Source: Curvularia clavata (taxonomy: Eukaryota). From it: a DNA stretch of 64,000 nt. Positions 47,912 to 57,431 of this stretch are shown one piece after another. Location: assembly GCA_023920165.1 (NCBI GenBank), contig CP089277.1, positions 3,286,001 through 3,350,000 on the forward strand, in the 5' to 3' direction. The notes under the pieces are model-generated. The model did no database searches, was not told where the DNA came from, and saw only the letters and a program-made list of their open reading frames with translations. Numbering within the stretch: position 1 is the stretch's first letter; each line of letters starts with the position of its first letter. The position numbers and the translations under genes were made by a program.

Positions 47912-49426
47912 TTAGAATTTTACACCTAGCCTCCAGCCGACCTGCAGGGCGCGACTCCACACGAAGCAGAGCGAAGCCACAATGTAGCAGACCGCTGTCC
48001 AGATGACCACACCCCAATAATGTCCGCCTGTGGTCTGGATGATTGCTCCTGCAATGGGTATGCCTGTGAGCGTGCTAAAGCTCACAACTGTGTAGCAGGT
48101 AGCGTAGTATCGCCCATAAACGTTAGTATCACACAGCTGGCCCACGCACACCGGTGTCAGGGAGATGTTAGAGCCGGAGGCAAATCCGAAGAGGACGGCG
48201 TAAACAATCGAGAGGCCTTTAATGGCCATGGCTGCAGATGCGGTGGTCGGGGTGAGTAGCGAAGCTGGAAGCCAGAAAACCAGCGACGTGGCAGAGCAGA
48301 CTGCCAAAGCGCCAATCATGCTATTGAACCGGCCCAATCTGTCAGCAAGTAGTCCCGGGACCCAGCGACCGAAGCAGCTGCCTGCATTGAAAATGGCGAG
48401 CAGCTGGTAGGAGAAAGACGGGCTGAATGCACCAGTGCTTACTGCAAAGGTCGTAAGGTAAGTGATTGGAATGAAGAGTGCCCATTCCATCATGAAAATG
48501 CCCACTGTAAGCAGAAAATAGCTCTTGTTGCTAAATATTCTGAAGTCAGGCCATACCGACTGACCAACCTTTGGAGGAAGTCGAGAGCGGATGAGGACAC
48601 AAGCACCAATACAGCAGAAGAGCGTGATGAAGCCAATGATGCGAGTCGCCCATGGGAAACCCACGGCAGGAAATAGCTTTTCTAGTGCCAGTGGGAAGAT
48701 GACACCACCCAGTGATCCTCCAGCAGCAGCCACACCTGTTGCGTTACCCCGCTTTTGGTGAAAAAAATGGCTTACTGCTGCGAATGCAGGAGTAAAGATA
48801 AGCGAGGTGCCGAGACCTCCTAGGACGCCAAACACAAGGAAGAAGTGCCAGTACAGTGTGCAAAGTCCGAGTAGGAAGTTCGATAGACACAGCAAAATGC
48901 TACCAACCAGGACTAGCAGTCGCGGACCGTGGGCGTCAAAGATGGGACCAATCTGAAGTCCACAGAAGAAGGACAGAAACACATACATGCTGAAGATCCA
49001 GGAGATGGTTGACTCGCTGTAGTCTTGCAAGTAGTGCTCGGCGATGTAGGCATGGTAGATTCCTACCGTATTCATCATACCCAAGGAGGCAATGAGTCCT
49101 AGGAATGATCCGAGAACAACGGACCAGGCACCCAGGCCTCCTTCTGGATAAGTTACCTCAGTGTGAGTAGTAGAGGTGATGGATCGAGACTCCTCATCAC
49201 GAGGCCGATGTTCTTTCTCATATCCAGTTGCAGTGCTGTTTTGGCGACTCTCCTTGGACCTGGGTGATGCCAGGGCATCGGCGGTGGGAGTTGGGGCACT
49301 TGGGCATGGTGCAAGCGTGTCCGAAGGCGGGATCGTAAACTCTGCTTGAGGGTAGGTATTGACTCGAGTGAGATTATTCTGCTGGCTTAATGGTCCTGGC
49401 GTGCTGCCTTTGGGTTCGTTGCTCAT
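47912..49426 (-). CDS. MFS transporter, monocarboxylate porter family (Mch5/riboflavin-transporter-like)
   Basis: [30 protein letters not shown] and ~12 hydrophobic segments. Confidence 0.92.
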   Translation of the reverse strand: MSNEPKGSTPGPLSQQNNLTRVNTYPQAEFTIPPSDTLAPCPSAPTPTADALASPRSKESRQNSTATGYEKEHRPRDEESRSITSTTHTEVTYPEGGLGAWSVVLGSFLGLIASLGMMNTVGIYHAYIAEHYLQDYSESTISWIFSMYVFLSFFCGLQIGPIFDAHGPRLLVLVGSILLCLSNFLLGLCTLYWHFFLVFGVLGGLGTSLIFTPAFAAVSHFFHQKRGNATGVAAAGGSLGGVIFPLALEKLFPAVGFPWATRIIGFITLFCCIGACVLIRSRLPPKVGQSVWPDFRIFSNKSYFLLTVGIFMMEWALFIPITYLTTFAVSTGAFSPSFSYQLLAIFNAGSCFGRWVPGLLADRLGRFNSMIGALAVCSATSLVFWLPASLLTPTTASAAMAIKGLSIVYAVLFGFASGSNISLTPVCVGQLCDTNVYGRYYATCYTVVSFSTLTGIPIAGAIIQTTGGHYWGVVIWTAVCYIVASLCFVWSRALQVGWRLGVKF

Positions 49427-51205
49427 ACGAGGTGCTGAGGTGATACCGGAAAGTGGAAGAATAATGTGATAGTGTTGTGGCTAATACACGCGCAGTTGTA
49501 TTTGAGTGATGGAAGAACAAGTTTGTCAAGGATTCCTGCACAGTCCCCAAGGTACGTCCACTGCTACCCTAGATGCCTCCCAATCGATGACGCGCGCCGT
49601 TGATTGAGGTGCGGTTGTGGTTCTCGAGCCGTTTGGAGTAGAGAAAGAGAGAACCGCAAGAGGTATAAGTACCCCAGGAAATAGTGGAGGGGTAATAACC
49701 ATGACCAAATGATCCACTTGGGGAGTTCGCCTATTTGCCTTGATGCGGTATCGGCCGCTGCCAACGAAGAGTTTTCTACCACCGGCCGGATCATGATTCG
49801 CCCTGGAGACCGAAGTCCAAGACTCGATTGGATATTGGCGGTGAGCTTGGGAACGGGCCGTCATGGCACTCGGAATGACGGCCTTTTCGGAGTAGGTTGC
49901 GGAATTGAGGGTGTTGGGTGGAGAGCTTGCGGTGGTTTGCCGCTCGTATCATGCCGAGGACATTTTCAATAACAACTCGAATGCACCTAGAGTCTCCAGA
50001 AGGGATCACCACATTCACGTGACAATTCGTATTCAGCAGATTTTTTGACACTCTTTCTTCAAAGCGTTCAATGCCGACCAGTTATTCTCTGCATGTCGTA
50101 AGGCGTTCCCGTTAGTTTGCGGGTCCTCGTGTGTACCCCTGCAAACGTCAGAACCATCTCCGGACATGGATAGCAGCACATGAGGAACAGTAACTACCGC
50201 GGAATTCTCGGCAACTCGGAGTGGCGTATTGTGGTCACGGGTCGTGTATGTGCCTCCATGTCTACTCCAATAAGACTGTATAGTAGATTGGAGCTCTTTC
50301 ATGACCAATGCCAAGTCTATACAGTCACAGGCTACTGTACAAGTTGACGTCATGAAGACATTGGTGAGACAGGCATAATGGGATTGCAACGTGGTGTTAA
50401 TGGTCTTTCGAGGGTTTATAATTTGGTAAGACTGTCATGTGTCTGATCTGTATTTGAGCTTCAACATATGAAATGAAGGCGATACCTACCTGAAAGTCTC
50501 GTGGCTGAGCCAGTTTGCGTCCGGTAGCGTCCGGCTGATGACTGTATGGTCCGAAAGGAAGCCGCATGACTTGCTCATGGAAATCCAGAAGTGATTGCAT
50601 ATTGGCAAATTGTATAGGGTGCACCCAGACGTCTTGAAAAGTTGAGCAACGAGGACCCAGACGATTTAAAGACAAGGAGAAAGAAGTATCAGCCTTCTCC
50701 AAAGCCTCTGAGGCCGTCACATACTTCGCTTGAGATTAATGGTAGGTGTTATAATGGTGATTCACATCAACAGGTACTGAAGCGGATGACTCTGATCTTG
50801 CAAGTGCCGTGGTAGTAGTGTGTTCACATCCGACAGTTGTTGTATGGTAACTAGAGCACGTGCAGTAGTCCTTGAAATACATCAATCCAATAGTACCTGT
50901 TTGAGATTAAATCTCCCAAAAACTCTAATAATTTCGGCAAGCAGGCAATGAGGAGCATTGGTATTAGACATTACGTATTTCGACATATCGTGTGTTCCCG
51001 CATTCCCACGTTATTACATTCGGCGTTCTTTTATTTTATGTTTTAGATGCATGTTTGCATTGTAATATACTTGCATTGCACATTCTAACATACTTACTTT
51101 TTACATCCTATGTTCTCACAGCCTCTTGATATCATATCAAACACAAAGAAAACATCGCATTCATCAAGAATCATACTAAACTCCCAGTAGCATTCCGCCT
51201 ACATT

Positions 51206-52291
51206 TTACAACTTCCACTCTGTAGTATCCCCAAGCACCCAATTCACATCCTCCATCCACCCACCAATCCGCCACGCTCCAAGGCCCCTTGGAAAATAAA
51301 TCTTATCCTCCTCTCGCACTTCCCCACTTGGCTCATGAACCTCAACCCAGCACCCTCTGGCTCTCGGACTCGTCGCTGAAATAGCAAATGCACACCATCG
51401 ATCCGTTCCTGGAAGCACCGCAAGTGACTTCTCAGGATCAAGATCGTACTCATCTACCTTTGGTCCCTCAATCGCCGCTTTCGCTGCGGCCTTGTGGCCG
51501 GCTGGTTCGGGAATGGGCGGCTGAGCCAAGGTCAGACTCATCGGGATGTACTTTGTGTTCACAGGGAGGGCCGGAAACCATTGCCAGGGCTTAATGGTAC
51601 ACGCGAAAAACGGCGCTACGCCGTCTCCGTCCTTGGTTCCTGGCGGGAAAACCTGAATAGTGAGGGATTGAGGGGGTGCCTGGCCTTGGGGCGTTGGTGG
51701 CGCAGAAAAGTTGAAGCGCGCCAGGTGTTTGGGTATGTTCCAGTTCAAACGGCCATTGTAGGTTGTTGTGCGCTGGGAAACATAGATACGGGAAATGCGG
51801 AGAGCCTTTTTCGGGATTTTGGGTGTTGTGCCGTCATTGGGGACGGTGAAGTTACCAGGCACAAACATGATCTCGTCGTATGGGCCTGTCTTTTGATTAG
51901 ATATGTGTTGCGGTAGGGTCTTCAGCGACTTCCGGCTCATCGACATCCAGGGACGATAACCGCATCCACAGATTTGTTTCCCTGGCTGCAAAAATGTTTC
52001 CAGTGCAACCATCCCAAACCATGAAGATGCTTAACAGCTTTTGAAGGAATAACACGTACCGACTGGTGTTTCTGAATATCTCACGATGATAACGGCTCCA
52101 AGCCCTCCAGCAAACTTCCCCATTTCTTCATTATCCCACGCCTTTTCCAACTCATCATGGGTTCCCTTTGGCAAATTCTTCACCGACAAGAAAAGCGAGT
52201 AACTCTCTGCCTTGAGACTCTTCCATGGCGCCTTGGACCTAGGCACAGGATGTTGGCTCGGCTCCCCACTAAAAGTGCCGTACTCTGCCAT
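51206..52291 (-). CDS. Acetoacetate-decarboxylase-like fold protein; 2 exons
   Basis: APWK, IVRYSETPVG-PYDEIMFVPG (intron 51886-52059), and RISRIYVS...GRLNWNIPKHLARF. Confidence 0.8.
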
Positions 52292-52972
52292 TTGTGCACA
52301 AAACGCGATCGCAATAAATTTCTGGCGAGTCTGAAGAAAAAGCAGCGAGAAATGCAGAGAACCAAAATCTGGGAACTATATGGGCATTGAACACCCTGTG
52401 TGAGGTTGTTCTACAAGGAAGCTTGTGAAAGGCGGTACAACCGAGGTGTTTATGCCCTTCTCCTCAGACGGCGCGGAGGCAGTCGCAGCTTACCTTGCAT
52501 CGCTTTCAGCTGCGCCAACACTGGGCTAACTGTGTAACCATGGTTCGCGAAAAACCTGCTATTTGCTCAGAGAATAACCGGTCTTAGTGTATATTTTGGT
52601 CAAATATTGGCTGGTAGATGTGCTAGTGGACTAGGATGTAAGCAGCCCAAGGCACGGATGGGTACATGGTCTGTTTTGTAAGTGACGTACCTCAAGGGCG
52701 AGGGTGCTCGCCTATATGGTGCGCGCGCCGATGGGGTACGTTAGCTCTATTATTTAATTCTTTAGACTATTCTAAGATATACTTATCGAGATATAGAACC
52801 CTGTAATTTTTGGATTTTGGTGAGATTTTAGGTGGCCCACTCACCAGTGAGGTACGTTATACAATATACATTCAATTCTCTGGGTCTATGGAGATTTGCT
52901 TACAAAGATCCAAGCCAAAAGTGTATACAGTTTGCGCTGTCTATTCCTCCAAACGTTGCTGTCACATGGCAC

Positions 52973-54403
52973 TTAGACGCTGACGCCATCACTGCCTGTG
53001 CTCTTCTGCCTCATCTGTTCTGATTGGGCAAAATGCGCGTTGACCCTCCTCTTCCTCAATACAAAGAACGCAGCAGCGCTAACAAGCGCAACAACACCCA
53101 GTGTGACCATAGCCCCAATTACACCAGCAACCGCATTCGACATGCCACCACCTTGGTGATTCTCAGTGCTCACAGGACTCTGCCCTTGCTTTGCGTACGC
53201 CTCGCAGAACAAAAGATCGCTACCACACGTTGAGCACCATTGCTCTGGTTTGGTGATCGCTATGTCCTCCATCTTGCCCACAAACTCGCTGTAGGACAAC
53301 GACTCCTCCTTTCCGTTGAACAGCGGGAACGCCCGCGGCTCCTCGCCGGCTGTCGATCCATTCCTGAACAAAAAGCGTACGCGCAGATCTTCCGTGTTGG
53401 ACGGAAACGCGGAGACATTCTGGGCTGTGAAGATCTCAAATGACATGGTCGATGCGTAATCGGGCAGACCGAAGAAATCCGGCGACACAGACGTCAAGTT
53501 AGCGAGGCCGAAGAATCCCTGGAATGTGTCATAGCTGCCAGCAAGAAGAGAAAATTTGAGCTTTCCCTGCGACGAGACGATGGACTTCAATTGGGCGAGA
53601 ATGCCACCTGCGAAGGCTTGGGCGCCGATGGAGCGCGCCTTGTCATTTTGATCATAGGAAAGTCCGAACTCATATGCGTCGGCGAGAGTCCTGAGTTGAG
53701 TGAGTTGCTCAGGGGTGACAGCGTCTTTCATGGAGGTGTTGTGGATTATTCCCACATTGATCAGATCGAAGATGGTGTACGCATTCTCGTAGGTCATGTT
53801 GGATTCTTTCATGTCGTACACGTTCTTTAAATCGTCCCAGAAGCCCTGGTAGAATGACTTCGTCTCTTCCGACTTCTGCTTGATAGCCTCGCTGTTCTTG
53901 TAGTTCTTCATCGAGGTCGTGAGAACAGGGCATTCTTCGTCACCCTTGAGCCAGATGGTATCCGGGCTATCGTCGTTCTCGCTGTGCAGGACGAGATACT
54001 GGTATCCTTCCAATGGCGCCGTGACCTCGTCCCCATTGTTTAAAGACTGCACTGCAAGTCCAGAGTCCAGAGACTGAAGTGGCGGATAGAGTCCTTGCAG
54101 GAATGCCGTCGCAGTATTGAGCAGCACCGCCTGATCGGGCGCCGAAGCAAACAGCTGCGAGTTAACCGCCTTGTTCTCGGAAATACCAAGAATTTGCTTG
54201 CTGGAATTGGCCGAGATGTACAAGTCGCGGTAGTCGGCGCCGACATTGTAGTTTTGCTGGATACCCAGGTTGGTCAGGTTGTATCCCTTGTAGTGCTTTG
54301 AAGTTCGGTCCCCATGGCGTGTGAAAACAGTCACACCGAGGATAGTCTCTGCTTGCACGGTCGCAAGCAGAGCGGGCGCGAAACTTAGGTATCGGAACAA
54401 CAT
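52973..54403 (-). CDS. Histidine acid phosphatase family protein; signal peptide plus C-terminal TM helix
   Basis: MLFRYLSFAPALLATVQA signal peptide, RHGDRT motif, and TM helix AVAGVIGAMVTLGVVALVSAAAFFVL followed by RKRR. Confidence 0.9.
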   Translation of the reverse strand: MLFRYLSFAPALLATVQAETILGVTVFTRHGDRTSKHYKGYNLTNLGIQQNYNVGADYRDLYISANSSKQILGISENKAVNSQLFASAPDQAVLLNTATAFLQGLYPPLQSLDSGLAVQSLNNGDEVTAPLEGYQYLVLHSENDDSPDTIWLKGDEECPVLTTSMKNYKNSEAIKQKSEETKSFYQGFWDDLKNVYDMKESNMTYENAYTIFDLINVGIIHNTSMKDAVTPEQLTQLRTLADAYEFGLSYDQNDKARSIGAQAFAGGILAQLKSIVSSQGKLKFSLLAGSYDTFQGFFGLANLTSVSPDFFGLPDYASTMSFEIFTAQNVSAFPSNTEDLRVRFLFRNGSTAGEEPRAFPLFNGKEESLSYSEFVGKMEDIAITKPEQWCSTCGSDLLFCEAYAKQGQSPVSTENHQGGGMSNAVAGVIGAMVTLGVVALVSAAAFFVLRKRRVNAHFAQSEQMRQKSTGSDGVSV

Positions 54404-54994
54404 CTTGAGGTTCCAAGAAAAGTGGTTTTGTACACACACGCAATTTGAGACCAACGCTGATGCGGCATCCCACCATTCTTATACCGCGCGAGCATCTCCG
54501 CGAATCTTCGCCAGAGATATGTACGGCTCGTAGCTTCCCCTCTTTCATCCTACAGAGTGTTATCAGCCGGTTTGCCTCTCTCTGATTGCAACGTTGGGCC
54601 AAGAAGCCCCTCCGCCAAGAACTTGGCTGTAGAGCATGGTCATGGTGTGAGGCAAAAGGAACAAAATATACTCAGATGGCTATCTCGCAGGCCACCGGAT
54701 TCCACTCTGGTACCGCCAGTGGTGTGCGGTTTACCAATTGGTATATTGCAATACACTTGTGTAAAAAGAAATGGTATGAGATCTGGGGAAATGACCAAAC
54801 CTGAGTATTTTGGGGGTGGGGGAGCGAAAGTGGGGTCGTGAGACGGCGTTTCCAGACAAAAGGTAATAGCTGTATTGGGCAGATGGAGTACGCCACAGAA
54901 GTGACTAATGGCTCGGCGACCTGTTCGATATTTGTTGAATTACTGAATCGTAAAAGTCTACATCGTGTTCTCATAACCCCGTGATCTCTCTCCG

Positions 54995-55752
54995 TTAACA
55001 GCAAGTCTCATTCCTTCTTCCGTTCTTGAAGATAACGCGCTGTCTCTCCTTGGCCAAATTGGTCACGGCTGACCTCAGAGTCTCTCCCAAGGTCTTTGAG
55101 TCGGCCTTCAGAGTACGCAGTGCACTGTCGTACTCCCGATTGAAAAAATTTATGGGAACTCCAACCATTACCTCTCCGTCTTGCGTAGACTCATCTACGA
55201 TGCTGGCGACTGCTGCCTCATTATAGTCGCTCTTCTGTATGACTCGATTCGAGAACCAAAGAAGAGCATAGTGTAATTGATGTTGATGCAGCTTCAAGGA
55301 AGCCTCCCATTCCATTGCGTCGGCATAAGAACTGGCTACATCTGGCGTATGCGCAATAGAACTCTCGCTAGACATTGGGCTGTTGCTGCTGCTGCTGCTG
55401 GAACTTTGCACGGAGGGAGATGAATTGAATCGTACAGCGATTGTAATGAGGGAGGCTGTCAGCATGCCAATCGATATTCACCAGGACTGTATCAGCGTCC
55501 ATTTTAGCACTTTGAGAATTGCCTACTCTTCTGTACAGTTGCGAAGCACCTAACTCCGTCTTATTAGCTCTACTTTCTGCTGTACGGTGTAGCGCCGTTT
55601 TCAGTTTACGATTGTTCCAATCTATTCTATTCCATGTTACGAGCAAGACTGGCTTGTCCTGTCAATTTTGTTCCTGTTTGTTATGGTCCTCGACTTTGAG
55701 TTGCTTCAGCATGGCTACTTGGGGTGCAACCTTCATTCTGGGCGGAGGCATG
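54995..55752 (-). pseudogene. Possible degenerate gene of unknown type
   Basis: Overlapping protein-like minus-strand ORFs (55368-55646 and 54995-55465) lie in different frames, with an in-frame TGA upstream. No recognisable domain. Confidence 0.2.
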
Positions 55753-56188
55753 TTGCAATTGGCCCCAAGCTTCTGCAAACCGCCTTGGGGGTTGGCATGT
55801 CCTGAAATTGAAGATCGATTGAGAGAGAACAGTAGCGATCATAAATTGCATGTATTGCTGGCTGGAAACCTTGCCTTTGGTGTAGGTAGTTCGTGTGTGT
55901 AATAATTTAGTTAACATAATATCGCTAGTTATCTACTAAAATAAGATGATAAAACTATGTATATTTATAAACCGCAAATCTATGTGGTATAGTTATTAGA
56001 TTACTAAATTTAAGAATTGAGCAGCTATATCAGTCTCGCGAGAATGATAGATAACCTTTTTAAAAGTTGACAACTATCGGGCGCGAGGTTCCGTAACTAG
56101 CGATCTCCACGGAGACGCTGATTTGCCTGGTTACTTATCCTAGGATCCACGTACCCGGCGTTCACCGATAAGACAGAATTTATGTATT

Positions 56189-56202
56189 TCGGTCAACTCC
56201 GA
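56189..56202. promoter_or_regulatory. UaY/Ppr1-type Zn2Cys6 binding site (TCGG-N6-CCGA) with nearby GATA (AreA-type) sites
   Basis: TCGGTCAACTCCGA lies ~100 bp upstream of the xanA ATG. GATAAG at 56167-56172 and TTATC at 56135-56139. Confidence 0.7.
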
Positions 56203-56303
56203 TGCAGAATAGTATATAACTTAGCTTTAATATCAGACTGTATAACATGATCGGCAAGATTATCGAGATCTAAATTTTCATATCTGACTCAATACGCAAA
56301 ACA

Positions 56304-57431
56304 ATGGCTTCCAGATCGCAAATTGAGATAAAACCCTTATCGGACGAGAACCCACACCACAGCTTTGGCGCAGTAGCCACAAATGTCGATATCAACCACC
56401 TCTCGGAAGAAGACTGGATAGCTATACGCGATGCTTTGTACCAGAACTCCGTCCTTGTCTTGAAGAATCAATCACAAGCTACGCCAAAGGCACAATACGA
56501 ACTCACACAACGCTTTGACCCCGAGTGTGTTAATTATGGTCACGGAAAGACTATAGACGCGAAACGGAGTATATTGCACCCAGATCTCAAAACCATTCCA
56601 CATCAACCACAAGTCCAGGTCATTGGAAATGGCTATGTGGAAGAGTATGAGGGGTTGAAGAACATTACATTAAAGCATCCACACCACAAGACTTTCCACA
56701 AAAGCTGTATTCCGGAGAAGGAGGACTTAGAGTATACTAGGTTCTACCGTTGGCACATTGATGCCGCCTTATACGAACTTCATCCGCCGCGTGTAACTTC
56801 ACTTATGGCAGTCAAAGTTCCAGGGGGCCGTACACAGACGTTGCGCTACGACGACGGAACTGGAGATACTCTACGCGTTCCTCTTGGTACAACCGCATTT
56901 GTCTCAGGCTATACGATGTACGATCTACTATCAGATGAAGACAAGAACTTTGCGCGCACGACGAGAGTAGAATACGCGCCACATCCGTACATTTGGATGT
57001 CACAAGCAAAGTCTAGGTCAACTGGTCTAGGTCTCGAGTGTGACGGTCTCGAGCTCTCTGATGACGAACTGCCACCCTTCGATAGATCGAAAATTGCTAT
57101 ACTGCCAATGTGTTGGAAGAACCCAGTGACTGGGAGGCTTGCTTTGCAGGTACATCCCTCAGCAGTTCGCAGACTTCACCTTCAAGACGGATCTGTACTT
57201 GACGACCTGAAAAGTGTACGAGACAAGATTTACAAGATGCAGAGACCCGGAATCGCACCAGAACTCGTGTACGCACACGATTGGGCAGAAGGCGATTTGG
57301 TTCTCTTCAACAATCAGGGTGTTCTTCATAGTGTTGTCGGAGCTTTTTCACCAGACGAGACACGCATCTTCAGACAATGCAATCTAGCAAGTAGTGCGCC
57401 ACCTGAAGGGCCGTCACCTGAAGGGCCATAG
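56304..57431 (+). CDS. xanA: Alpha-ketoglutarate-dependent xanthine dioxygenase (TauD/TfdA family)
   Basis: TRFYRWHIDAALY (HxD), LFNNQGVLHSVVGAF, RIFRQCNLA and HPHHKTFHK. Intronless, 375 aa. Confidence 0.9.
   Translation: MASRSQIEIKPLSDENPHHSFGAVATNVDINHLSEEDWIAIRDALYQNSVLVLKNQSQATPKAQYELTQRFDPECVNYGHGKTIDAKRSILHPDLKTIPHQPQVQVIGNGYVEEYEGLKNITLKHPHHKTFHKSCIPEKEDLEYTRFYRWHIDAALYELHPPRVTSLMAVKVPGGRTQTLRYDDGTGDTLRVPLGTTAFVSGYTMYDLLSDEDKNFARTTRVEYAPHPYIWMSQAKSRSTGLGLECDGLELSDDELPPFDRSKIAILPMCWKNPVTGRLALQVHPSAVRRLHLQDGSVLDDLKSVRDKIYKMQRPGIAPELVYAHDWAEGDLVLFNNQGVLHSVVGAFSPDETRIFRQCNLASSAPPEGPSPEGP

Noticed and set aside
51920..51945. Hammerhead-like string (CGATGAG...GAAG) in the long intron
   Set aside because: The core deviates from CUGANGA/GAAA and stems I and III cannot be built.
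33757..57431. Idea that these genes form a secondary-metabolite or catabolic cluster
   Set aside because: There is no PKS, NRPS or terpene core gene, no pathway-specific transcription factor, and the enzymes share no obvious pathway.
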